A DNA stretch of 32,000 nucleotides from a cyanobacterium endosymbiont of Braarudosphaera bigelowii (GTDB lineage Bacteria; Cyanobacteriota; Cyanobacteriia; Cyanobacteriales; Microcystaceae): NCBI RefSeq assembly GCF_020885515.1, contig NZ_AP024987.1, positions 810,001 to 842,000 on the forward strand, in the 5' to 3' direction. A model generated the notes under the pieces. It ran no database searches, was not told where the DNA came from, and saw only the letters and a program-made list of their open reading frames with translations. A program made the translations under genes and the position numbers. Within the stretch, counting starts at the first letter, position 1, and each line of letters begins with the position of its first letter. Below, piece after piece: positions 10,267 to 21,106 of this stretch.

Positions 10267-10293
10267 TTAGCACTCACACCATAAGAGTGCTAA
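10267..10293 (+). promoter_or_regulatory. CIRCE operator (HrcA binding site) of groEL
   Basis: TTAGCACTC-ACACCATAA-GAGTGCTAA is an exact match to the CIRCE consensus TTAGCACTC-N9-GAGTGCTAA. It lies 130 nt upstream of the groEL ATG. Confidence 0.9.
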
Positions 10294-10413
10294 ATTAACA
10301 CTAATGGAAAAACTAAAATTATAAATTACTATTATAAATATTATCTATAGTAGTAAGTTAACTAGTCTTTGACCATTATATAAAAACATCAAAGTTAGGA
10401 TTCATAGGAGTAA

Positions 10414-12135
<1,722 letters not shown>

Positions 12136-12179
12136 TGTCGTATTATTTTTGAAATATCTTTTATTTAGAATTGTTTAAA

Positions 12180-12220
12180 TTTTAAGGGCTTTATTTTAAT
12201 AAAAAATAAAGCCCTTAAAA
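12180..12220. terminator. Hairpin terminator shared by convergent groEL (+) and the Tab2-family gene (-)
   Basis: TTTTAAGGGCTTTATTTT - AATAA - AAAATAAAGCCCTTAAAA forms an 18-bp perfect stem with a 5-nt loop. The arms start with T-runs and end with A-runs, so it is U-tailed on both strands. Confidence 0.7.
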
Positions 12221-12334
12221 ATTTCGTTATGGATAGTAAAACTGCTGTTGAGATGAGTTACATACAGGTATTAATTTTTAGGAAGTATTCTAGTAAAGGC
12301 TAATTAATTATCAATATATTAAATTTCATCTCTT

Positions 12335-13216
12335 TTACATTTTATTGACTAGATCGTCTTTTAAAAGCCAGAATCCACTAAAAAACTCTACATTAGGATT
12401 AGGCTGAATGGCGAGAAAATGTATTCCTTTTGAATTCTCTTTCTTTTTTTGAAAGTTTTGAGCTTTTTGGATTAGCTGAATATTTTTCAAAATAGTTAAT
12501 GTTGATCTATCATTTAATCCTGTCTCTAGATAGAGGATCGAGTTATTTTTTTTATCAAATCTTAGGGAAACTAACTCAAAAGCAGATAACCAGGCTGCCA
12601 TTGGAAGAGCTCTTGAAGAAAAGAAAATTAAACCAGGGACTGTAGTCTGTGGAGTTAGATTATATGGCGAAATTGCATAATTTTCTCCAAAATTAATATT
12701 CCATTCATGTATATGATTAAAATCAGAAACTTTTAAGTCAACAAATAAATATTGATTAAATTGATTATCTTTTAAAGTATCAGGCAAAGAGACTATATTA
12801 GAATCGTTGTTAGTTACACATGTTGTAGAAACTTTATTTTTATTTTGGCTTTTTATAGACTGAAATTTTTTTTCTCGCCTATCTATCCAGTAATTAAGAG
12901 CAAATGTTCTACGGCTTGGGATAGCCTCAATTTTTGCATCTGTACAAGCCTTCACGATCATATTATGCATTTGGTGACGAAAGAAACGAATTAAATCTGG
13001 ACTTTCTCCAGCTTTTTCTATTGCTTTTTCAATAGCCTGACGTAACCAAATAGAATTAACTGTATTTGAAGGGCACAACTGGGAAAATTTAAAACAACTA
13101 TTAAATGATTTATCAAAATTTGTAGGAGTCTTGCAAATTAAGACCTCCCATAGTTTTTTATTGTTATCAAAGAAATTTGGACGTGAATAAAAATCTAATT
13201 CCCATACCTTTTTCAT
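12335..13216 (-). CDS. Tab2/ATAB2-family RNA-binding protein (DUF1092)
   Basis: 293 aa. The N-terminus MKKVWELDFYSRP...WEVLIC is the hallmark I associate with cyanobacterial/plastid Tab2 homologues (PSI psaB translation factor family). Confidence 0.8.
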   Translation of the reverse strand: MKKVWELDFYSRPNFFDNNKKLWEVLICKTPTNFDKSFNSCFKFSQLCPSNTVNSIWLRQAIEKAIEKAGESPDLIRFFRHQMHNMIVKACTDAKIEAIPSRRTFALNYWIDRREKKFQSIKSQNKNKVSTTCVTNNDSNIVSLPDTLKDNQFNQYLFVDLKVSDFNHIHEWNINFGENYAISPYNLTPQTTVPGLIFFSSRALPMAAWLSAFELVSLRFDKKNNSILYLETGLNDRSTLTILKNIQLIQKAQNFQKKKENSKGIHFLAIQPNPNVEFFSGFWLLKDDLVNKM

Positions 13217-13233
13217 AATTCCCCTTTAAGTTC

Positions 13234-14232
13234 TTAACTAATAACTTCACGTACTCTATAAATTGGACGTTTTTGTGACTCATGATAAGTACGCATTACT
13301 AATTCTGCCAATAGACCAAAGCTCAATAGTTGTACTCCGGTTAAAATTAATAGTACAGATAAAATTAATAGAGGCCGTACTCCAATGTCTTGTCCTAAAA
13401 TTTTAATAATTGATAAATAAATGCTACTAGATAGACCTAAAGTCATTAATGTTAGGCCCAAGCAACCAAAAATATGCATTGGACGAGTTAAAAATTTTTT
13501 TATAAAAAGAATAGTGAACAAATCCATAATAACGGGAAATGTTCTTCCCAGTCCATATTTACTTACACCAAAACGACGAGGGTTATGATTCACAGCTAAT
13601 TCTGTTATTCTAGCTCCTTCTATATAAGCTAAAGCTGGTATAAAACGATGTAATTCTCCATATAAATTCATATCTGCTACTAATTCTGAGCGATAAGCTT
13701 TTAATGAACAGCCATAATCATGAAGGCTTACGCCTGTTAATTTAGCAATAATTATGTTGGCAATTTTTGAAGGGAGAAGACGAGTGAAAGTGTTATCTTG
13801 ACGATTATTACGCCAACCACTAACTAAATCATAACCTTCGTTTAGTTTGTTGATAAGACGAGGGATATCTGCCGGATCATTTTGTAGATCACCATCTAAG
13901 CTAATAATAATATTACCTTCAGCATTTTTAAATCCTGCTGCCATAGCGGGTGTTTGGCCATAATTGCGTCGTAAAATAATAGCCTTTAAGTCTTTTCTCT
14001 TTTTTGCAAGCTGTCTTAAAATATCTGTAGAGCCATCTTCAGAACCATCATCAATACAAATAATTTCATAGGAATATTTATCAATTAGAGAATTAGAAAT
14101 ATTGTTTATCAAAGTCTCTAATGTATCTTTTTCATTAAAAATTGGGATAACTACTGATACAGTCACAGAATTCTGGGATGAGTTAAATATTATAGGTTCC
14201 ATTTTTACATTAGTATCTTTTATCTTACTCAT
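13234..14232 (-). CDS. GT2 polyprenyl-phosphate glycosyltransferase (GtrB/ArnC/DPM1-like) with C-terminal TM helices
   Basis: Motifs are VSVVIPIFNE, CIDDGSEDGS and SLDGDLQNDP (DxD), with two C-terminal TM helices. I prefer the ATG at 14232, which gives an ATGAGTAA start/stop overlap with the upstream gene, over the GTG at 14286. The ATG at 14202 is also possible. Confidence 0.8.
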   Translation of the reverse strand: MSKIKDTNVKMEPIIFNSSQNSVTVSVVIPIFNEKDTLETLINNISNSLIDKYSYEIICIDDGSEDGSTDILRQLAKKRKDLKAIILRRNYGQTPAMAAGFKNAEGNIIISLDGDLQNDPADIPRLINKLNEGYDLVSGWRNNRQDNTFTRLLPSKIANIIIAKLTGVSLHDYGCSLKAYRSELVADMNLYGELHRFIPALAYIEGARITELAVNHNPRRFGVSKYGLGRTFPVIMDLFTILFIKKFLTRPMHIFGCLGLTLMTLGLSSSIYLSIIKILGQDIGVRPLLILSVLLILTGVQLLSFGLLAELVMRTYHESQKRPIYRVREVIS

Positions 14233-15196
14233 AACTAATTTCTGAGTGAGATAAGTATGCCATTCGCTTAACTTCCAATCGGCCACGAGCTACAGAATCA
14301 AGAATTAAACCACACGTAAAACTAAGAAAAGCAAGTAACATAATAGCAACAGTGAGAATAGCTGTTGGTAATCTAGGAACTAAACCTGTACTTAGATAAG
14401 TCGTAATTAAAGGAAATCCAATCATAACTGATAATATTCCCAATAGAGAAGAGATAATACTAAAAAACAAAAAAGGCTTTACTTCTTTAAAAAGCAATAT
14501 AGCTGTTCCTAGAACTCTCCATCCATCAGTAAGTGTTTTTAATTTGCTTTCTGAACCAGGAGGTCTTGAACCGTAAGCAGTATATTCTTCTGCAAAAGGA
14601 ATTTTTAACTCTAGTGTATGAATTGTAAGTTCAGTTTCAATTTCAAAGCCAGATGAAAAAGCTGGAAATGATTTAACAAATCTACGAGAAAATATACGAT
14701 ATCCTGAAAGCATGTCTTTAACTTTTGCACCAAATAGAAATTCAACAACTCCAGTAAGAAAAATATTTCCACTACGATGCCCTAATCGATAAACTTGTTT
14801 ATTAGTAATTGTAGAACGACGAGCTCCAACAATCATATCAAGTTTTTCAGAGATTAATTTTGATATTAGAAATGATATTGCTTCTACCTCATATGTATTA
14901 TCTCCGTCTACCAAAATATATAAATCCGCATCAATATCAGCAAACATTCGTCGAACAACATTACCTTTACCTGGCTGAGATTCATATCGAACTATAGCAC
15001 CAGCTTTTTTGGCTTGGATTACAGTATCATCGGTAGAAAGATTATCATAAACATAAATCTTAGCGTTTGGTAACTCTTTACGAAATTGATTTACTACATT
15101 ACCAATAGTTAAACTCTCATTTTTACAAGGAATCAACACTGCTAAACGATTACAGCAATGAGTAATGTTTGTAAATAAAGGTTGATGCTTTGACAT
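14225..15196 (-). CDS. GT2 glycosyltransferase with C-terminal TM helices
   Basis: 323 aa with LAVLIPCKNE, YDNLSTDDT and VDGDNTY (DxD), plus a C-terminal hydrophobic region with two TM segments. ATG start verified. Confidence 0.8.
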   Translation of the reverse strand: MSKHQPLFTNITHCCNRLAVLIPCKNESLTIGNVVNQFRKELPNAKIYVYDNLSTDDTVIQAKKAGAIVRYESQPGKGNVVRRMFADIDADLYILVDGDNTYEVEAISFLISKLISEKLDMIVGARRSTITNKQVYRLGHRSGNIFLTGVVEFLFGAKVKDMLSGYRIFSRRFVKSFPAFSSGFEIETELTIHTLELKIPFAEEYTAYGSRPPGSESKLKTLTDGWRVLGTAILLFKEVKPFLFFSIISSLLGILSVMIGFPLITTYLSTGLVPRLPTAILTVAIMLLAFLSFTCGLILDSVARGRLEVKRMAYLSHSEISYE

Positions 15197-15467
15197 TTGT
15201 TATACGTATGTTTAGATATTATTTAACTGACTTTTGTCATTATTCAAAGTTCCATTACACTGTAAATGATTAAGTTTTGAAATACTTTTTTTAACTATAG
15301 TCAAAATTTAAAAAATACAGATTTCTTTTTTTTAGACTTAACTAATAATTCAAATATATTAATTAACTTAATTTTTGAAAAATATTTTTTATCAAGTTCT
15401 GTTCATAAAATTTTTATAAAATTTCTTTTCTACAAATTACTTTATTTTGACTTGTATGTTTTTTTAA

Positions 15468-16115
15468 TTAATTTTTTATTTTTAGGTTTTTACTAATTTG
15501 TTTAAAAATATCACGGCGAAGATAAGGATACTTACCCACCCATAAATTATGTCTAGGTAGATAAACATCTGTTACTTTAGTAATACGGCTTAAGTTCGGA
15601 ACTTTGGAAATAACTAACATTTCTGCAGACTCACCAGGTTTAATAACTTGCAAAAGACGATCAACAGGCATTTTGACTATTGCTGCAAAACCTTTATCAT
15701 CTCCGACTTCAATATTGATCAATCGTTTTTTGTTTTCAATAACAATTAATTCTCCAAACTTATTGACAGTTTGCTCCTCTCTGATAAGCTCCTCAGTAAT
15801 AAAAACATCTAATACTTTTCCGCTCCAAAAACCACAATATGGATAAATACGATAACTTCTATTTTTAATAGAAGCCCATAAAATAGGTGCCCATAGCCAG
15901 TAAGATCCAGAAATGATATAGAAAACAAACTTTATAGTTAGCCACTCTGAGCCAAATAAATTTCCTAATACCCAAGTTATTATCAATATAATTAAAGAAA
16001 TAAAGGATCTTTGTAATAAATCACGCCACTTTCCCCAATAAAATGAATATTGGGTTCCAGTAGCGACAAGAGGAATTAGTTGTTCAAAGGCTTCACGAGT
16101 TAAAGGAACTAACAT
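15468..16115 (-). CDS. Conserved cyanobacterial membrane protein of unknown function
   Basis: 215 aa. The N-terminus MLVPLTREAFEQLIPLVATGTQYSFYWGKWRDLL resembles a widely conserved cyanobacterial hypothetical family. It has two TM helices followed by a soluble C-terminal domain. Confidence 0.6.
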   Translation of the reverse strand: MLVPLTREAFEQLIPLVATGTQYSFYWGKWRDLLQRSFISLIILIITWVLGNLFGSEWLTIKFVFYIISGSYWLWAPILWASIKNRSYRIYPYCGFWSGKVLDVFITEELIREEQTVNKFGELIVIENKKRLINIEVGDDKGFAAIVKMPVDRLLQVIKPGESAEMLVISKVPNLSRITKVTDVYLPRHNLWVGKYPYLRRDIFKQISKNLKIKN

Positions 16116-16251
16116 AAGTCACTATTAATAATTATTTTGGATTTATTTTTTAAATTAATATTTAATTCATATTTCAATATATACAAAAACATATAGGAAT
16201 AATATATTAATTCAGTATCAGAAACAGAATCTATAATATAAAATTCATTGT

Positions 16252-17076
16252 TTATTTATCTTTTAAAGGATATAAATAATTACTTAGTTCTATCCATTGA
16301 TTTATACTAAGATTCTCTGCTCTTATTTTGAGATCAAGATTTGTTTTTTCCAGAAATTCAATCAGGTATTTGATATCTATTGTATTTTTCAAATTATTAT
16401 GTAACATCTTGCGGCGATTAGAAAAACCTAAGTTAATTAAACTTTCTAAATATGATGGATTTAAAACAGAACTATTTAGAGTGTGAGGGTGAAGAGTAAT
16501 AATAGCAGAATCTACCTTTGGAATAGGATAAAATGCCTTACAAGAAACATCACAAATATAATTGCAGCGAGCTAAATATTGTATTTTTGCTGATAGTGCC
16601 CCATATGCTTTATCACCAGGTGAAGCAGTAATTCTTTTTGCAACTTCTTTTTGAACTAATAAAACTATTATTTCATAAGGAGAATGATAAGGATTAGGAA
16701 TACTACCTAACAATTTTTCTAAAATAGGATTAGTGATGTTATAAGGAATATTTGCAACTACTTTATTGATAGGCCAGAAAAGATTGTTCTTACTGATTTC
16801 TACAGATAAATCTATTTTAAGAATATCTCTTTGTAACAATAGTAAATTGTCATAATTATGGAATTTTTTTATTAATTGTTTATATAAGTCCCAATCTACT
16901 TCGACTGCGGTAAGAGAAGAAACTTGGGATAAAAGACGACGGGTTAAGATACCTGTTCCTGGACCAATTTCTAAAACTTTATCAATATTACTAAGATGAG
17001 CAGATTCTATAATCTTATTTAAAATTGCATTATCTTTTAGCCAATGTTGTCCAAATCGTTTACGAGGATAAATCAT
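16252..17076 (-). CDS. rsmA: 16S rRNA (adenine1518/1519-N6)-dimethyltransferase
   Basis: 274 aa with FGQHWL, the SAM-binding EIGPGTGILT motif and NIPYNIT. Confidence 0.92.
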   Translation of the reverse strand: MIYPRKRFGQHWLKDNAILNKIIESAHLSNIDKVLEIGPGTGILTRRLLSQVSSLTAVEVDWDLYKQLIKKFHNYDNLLLLQRDILKIDLSVEISKNNLFWPINKVVANIPYNITNPILEKLLGSIPNPYHSPYEIIVLLVQKEVAKRITASPGDKAYGALSAKIQYLARCNYICDVSCKAFYPIPKVDSAIITLHPHTLNSSVLNPSYLESLINLGFSNRRKMLHNNLKNTIDIKYLIEFLEKTNLDLKIRAENLSINQWIELSNYLYPLKDK

Positions 17077-17488
17077 TACAAACTTATACTAATTTACTAA
17101 ATGATAAAAAATAGAGTTAAAACTTATAAGATATTACTGTGCATACCAATTAATATATCAGCTAGAATAATTCGTTTTATTCACTAACTAAAATAGTAGA
17201 CAAAATATTTCTTTATTGAATTACTAATAACTGAAAAACAAATATTCAAGATATTAATTTTAAATAAATTCTGTTCTTCAAGTAATCAAAACTACTTTTT
17301 TGTTGTAAAGTAATAGTACTACTTTTTGAAAATTGTATAAAAATATTTCGATCTAAAACTGTTACCTTTTTATTTAATATATTATATTAGATGATTTATA
17401 GTAACGATGACTAATTTGTATTTAAAAGAAAAAAATTATCTGTAATCCATTTTAATAAATAATTTATTTAACGTTTTACTTTCTTCTT

Positions 17489-17535
17489 TATAAAAAAATA
17501 ACTATAAATAGTTTATTTATAGTTATTTTTTTATA
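17489..17535. repeat. 22-bp perfect inverted repeat (3-nt loop) in a divergent spacer; a terminator-like hairpin with no gene to terminate
   Basis: TATAAAAAAATAACTATAAATA - GTT - TATTTATAGTTATTTTTTTATA was verified base by base. The outer A-run/T-run architecture resembles a bidirectional intrinsic terminator. The stem has only one G:C pair. Confidence 0.5.
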
Positions 17536-17982
17536 CTTAGTTTATAATCATTTTACATATCTTGAAATTTAGGGAAAATATTAGTTGTTTTGTATAAACA
17601 ACTAGAGATACTTTGTATCAGTAATCTTATTTATACATCTTAATTATTTATTGTATAGATTATATAACATTATGTTAAATACTGTGTCAGTGTATTTTAG
17701 TATTTAAACCTAGTGGAACAACTATTTAAAGTTCTACGTCCTTCTCAGGACTATTTACACTATAAGCTATAGTATGGGCTTGATTTTCATTACTTCTATA
17801 ATAATTAGATAACATGATATTTTAAAGATAATTTATATAAAAACTCGATATAAATTATCAATCAGAAATTAGTACTTCTTATGAATTAATCTAAAGTTTT
17901 TTACTTTTTAAAATGGCTTTTTAACAAAGTTTTGAAGTAGAGATCTATTTGTGTAAAAACACCAAACAATGAGGAATAAATT

Positions 17983-19131
17983 ATGCAAAATAAAAGTATG
18001 TTGATGATTCCAGGTCCAACCCCTGTACCTGAAAGTGTTCTCTTGGCAATGGCTCAGCACCCTGTTGGACATCGCGGTCAAGACTTTAATCAAATCGTTA
18101 GTGAAGTTTCTCAAAATTTAAAATGGCTTCACCAGACTAAGGAAGATGTACTCATATTGACAGCTAGTGGTACAGGAGCTATGGAAGCAGCAATTATTAA
18201 TTTTCTAAGCTTCGGTGACTCTATTTTGATAGGTAATAACGGAAAATTTGGAGAACGTTGGGTAAATACTGCTCATGCTTTTGGATTAAAAGTTGATGAA
18301 ATAACCGCTGAATGGGGTAAACCTTTAAATCCCGAAATATTCAAAACTAAACTTGTTAATGATAAAGATAAAAAAATTAAAGCTGTTATTGTCACTCATT
18401 CTGAAACTTCTACAGGGGTTTTTAACGATCTAGAAACTATTAATAAATACACCAAAGCTCATGGAAAAGCTCTCATCATAGTTGATGCTGTTACAAGTTT
18501 AGGAACTACTGATCTTCCTATTGATGAATGGGGATTAGATGTTGTAGCTTCTGGATCTCAAAAAGGATATATGATTCCTCCAGGGCTAGGCTTTGTATCG
18601 GTAAGTCAAAAAGCGTGGAAAGTTTATCAAAATTCTAATTTACCTAAATTTTATTTAGATCTTGGAGCATATAAAAAAGCAATTAATAAAAATTCTTTTC
18701 CCTTTACACCTCCAGTAAATTTAATTTATGGATTACAAATTGCTCTAAAAATGATGAAAGCAGAAGGGCTAACTCAAATGTTTACTCGACATGAAAAATT
18801 AGCTAGGGCGACTCGAGCTGGAATAAGAGCATTAGGTTTAGATTTATTAGCTGCTGATGAATCAGCAAGTCATGCAATAACAACTGTTTCTTCATCTAAA
18901 ATTGATATAACAAGTATATGTCGCATTATGGAGGAAAAATTCGATATAGTCTTAGCAGCAGGACAAGATCATATGAAAGGAAAAATTTTTCGTATAGGTC
19001 ATTTAGGATTTGTTTGTGAGCGAGATATATTAACCACTATTACATGTTTAGAAACAACCTTACAATTGTTAGGTGATACTAATATAGTTCCAGGAAAAGC
19101 TGTATCCGAAGCTTTAAAATTTTTACTATAG
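17983..19131 (+). CDS. Class-V aminotransferase (serine-pyruvate / alanine-glyoxylate type; the family annotated in cyanobacteria as soluble hydrogenase small subunit)
   Basis: 382 aa with MLMIPGPTPVPE, the PLP-lysine context SGSQKGYMIPPGLG and FRIGHLG. GAGGA lies 8-12 nt upstream of the ATG. Confidence 0.85.
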   Translation: MQNKSMLMIPGPTPVPESVLLAMAQHPVGHRGQDFNQIVSEVSQNLKWLHQTKEDVLILTASGTGAMEAAIINFLSFGDSILIGNNGKFGERWVNTAHAFGLKVDEITAEWGKPLNPEIFKTKLVNDKDKKIKAVIVTHSETSTGVFNDLETINKYTKAHGKALIIVDAVTSLGTTDLPIDEWGLDVVASGSQKGYMIPPGLGFVSVSQKAWKVYQNSNLPKFYLDLGAYKKAINKNSFPFTPPVNLIYGLQIALKMMKAEGLTQMFTRHEKLARATRAGIRALGLDLLAADESASHAITTVSSSKIDITSICRIMEEKFDIVLAAGQDHMKGKIFRIGHLGFVCERDILTTITCLETTLQLLGDTNIVPGKAVSEALKFLL

Positions 19132-19173
19132 CTTACATAATTTAATAAAAAATAAATGAATTATATTGTTATT

Positions 19174-19206
19174 CTCAATTAATAAAGAGTAAATCTATTA
19201 ATTGAG
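19174..19206 (+). terminator. Possible terminator hairpin downstream of the aminotransferase gene
   Basis: CTCAATTAATA - 11 nt - TATTAATTGAG forms an 11-bp perfect stem 43 nt after the stop codon. There is no clear U-tract, and a stem of this length is near chance expectation in such AT-rich DNA. Confidence 0.35.
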
Positions 19207-19584
19207 CTAATATATAGGACAATAATCATAATTGCTGGAAATTAAAAAAATAAACCTTTCTTTTAGAATGAGTTTAATTATCCTTATTGTCAGGTTATTA
19301 GATTAATATAATAAAAAGTAAGATGGTATAAAGTTAATTAATTTTGACTTCGATTAAATTTTAAATAACTGTTTGTGAAATCGTTTCCTCCTTCTATTTT
19401 TTAAAGAAAGTTATTCAAAGAAATATTCTATAAATGACGCTAGTACAATTTAACTTATAAGAAATGATTTTAATACTTTATGAATTCCAAAAATGTATAG
19501 TATTAAAATTTTGTTATGAGATATAAATTGATTAATATAACTGATGATCTAATAAACTACTAACTTTATTTAACCTTAAACATT

Positions 19585-20628
19585 ATGAAATTTGAAAAAA
19601 TTGTTAGCAAGCTAGATTTTTTAAGTAATGGAAATAGCTTAACAAGTAATAAAGATTCTAATCTTGAAATTATAGGAGTGTCATCTATTACTGAAGCAAA
19701 AATTGGATACTTAAGTTATATAGAAGGTCCAAAATTTGCTTCTATGATTAGTAAAACTTCTGCAAGTGCTCTAATTCTTCCACCTGATAAACAGTTACAG
19801 GAAGAAGCTACTAAAAGAGGAATAGTATGGCTAACAACATTTGAAACACGTTTAGCTTTTGCTCATGCTATTAAGTTGTTCTATCAGCCATTCCGTCCAT
19901 CTCCAGGTATAGATCCTACTGCAATAATTCATTCTTCAGCCAAAATTGGAAAAAATGTTTTTATTGGTCCTCATACTATTATTCAGCAAGATGTTGTTAT
20001 TGAAGATGAGGTTTGTATTCAAGGAAATGTGGTAGTTTATCCTGAGGTTATTGTCGGAGATAATACCTTGCTACATGCTAATTGTACTATTCATGAACGT
20101 ACTAGAATTGGAAATAATTGTGTTATTCATAGTGGTGCTGTTGTTGGTGCTGAAGGTTTTGGATTTGTTCCTACAGCTGAAGGTTGGTTCAAAATGGAAC
20201 AATCTGGCTTTGTCATCCTAGGAAATAATGTAGAGATTGGATGTAATAGTGCAATAGACCGTCCTGCTGTCGGAACAACGCATATTGGGAATAATACTAA
20301 AATAGATAATCTAGTTCATATAGCTCATAATTGCAACATTGGAGAAAATTGTGCTTTTGCGGCACAAGTAGGATTAGCAGGAGGCGTAAAAGTAGGAAAA
20401 AGAGTTATTCTTGCAGGGCAGGTAGGAGTAGCAAATCAAGTTAGCATAGGCGATGGAGCTATTGCAACTGCACAAACTGGTATCCCTAGTAATATTAACT
20501 CAGGAGAAGTTGTATCTAGTAGTCCAGCAATAGATAATAAGTTATATTTAAAAATATCTGCCATATATAAACGTCTTCCTGACATGTATAAGACATTAAA
20601 AAATATTCAGAAAAAAATAGAAAATTAA
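19585..20628 (+). CDS. lpxD: UDP-3-O-acylglucosamine N-acyltransferase
   Basis: 347 aa with an extended left-handed beta-helix hexapeptide repeat region, the HIAHNCNIG catalytic His context and an LpxD-type N-terminal domain. Confidence 0.9.
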   Translation: MKFEKIVSKLDFLSNGNSLTSNKDSNLEIIGVSSITEAKIGYLSYIEGPKFASMISKTSASALILPPDKQLQEEATKRGIVWLTTFETRLAFAHAIKLFYQPFRPSPGIDPTAIIHSSAKIGKNVFIGPHTIIQQDVVIEDEVCIQGNVVVYPEVIVGDNTLLHANCTIHERTRIGNNCVIHSGAVVGAEGFGFVPTAEGWFKMEQSGFVILGNNVEIGCNSAIDRPAVGTTHIGNNTKIDNLVHIAHNCNIGENCAFAAQVGLAGGVKVGKRVILAGQVGVANQVSIGDGAIATAQTGIPSNINSGEVVSSSPAIDNKLYLKISAIYKRLPDMYKTLKNIQKKIEN

Positions 20629-21022
20629 AAATGGTATGCTTCTACGCTACTCTGTAGACAGATGAATTACTACATATACTGATTAGTGTAAAAAAATATT
20701 ATATTTTTATATTTACATTTCTAGCTAATTTGTTTATAAATTTGTAGAAACAATTATTAAATAATATTATAAAATTTAGTATTAATCGAAAAAGGTTAAT
20801 TAAATTATTTTTTAATTGTTATCAATATTGAGTATATATTTTCTTATGTGTAAATAAAAAATATTCTTGAAACTTTATTCTTGCATATATAAAATAAAAT
20901 TTATATGAAAAACCATTATCTTTGCCTGAAAACTAAGCACAACTTTTCAAAAAATATCAAGACGATTAATTTCCTAAAATATAGTTAATTGATTGTCTAT
21001 AATGTTTTTTGATATAAAAATG

Positions 21023-21052
21023 TTTTGAAGTATTAAGTTTAATACTTCAAAA
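21023..21052 (+). other. 13-bp perfect hairpin 55 nt upstream of the gatB start
   Basis: TTTTGAAGTATTA - AGTT - TAATACTTCAAAA, verified base by base. Its function is unknown; it could be a 5'-UTR structure or a terminator for upstream read-through. Confidence 0.4.
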
Positions 21053-21106
21053 TTATTGATACAATAAAATTTCTAGGTATTTAATTATCAAATTAACTTT
21101 TTTATA

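Noticed and set aside
13234-14286. Full-length 350-aa version of the second GT2 ORF, starting at GTG 14286
   Set aside because: It would overlap the upstream GT2 by 62 nt. The ATG at 14232 forms a canonical ATGAGTAA start/stop overlap and leaves a normal N-terminus before the VVIPIFNE motif. The start remains somewhat uncertain, since 14202 is also possible.
17726-17815. 29-aa minus-strand ORF (MLSNYYRSNENQAHTIAYSVNSPEKDVEL) in the relatively GC-richer part of the 906-bp spacer
   Set aside because: It has no Shine-Dalgarno, no recognisable family and a polar, low-complexity composition. An ORF of this length is expected by chance. It is worth checking only if transcription or translation data exist.
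19387-19393. Strong Shine-Dalgarno-like AAGGAGG on the minus strand in the 19132-19584 spacer, considered as a possible missed small gene
   Set aside because: No ATG/GTG/TTG lies within a usable distance downstream, and the following frame hits a stop after a few codons. It may be a relic of a lost gene.
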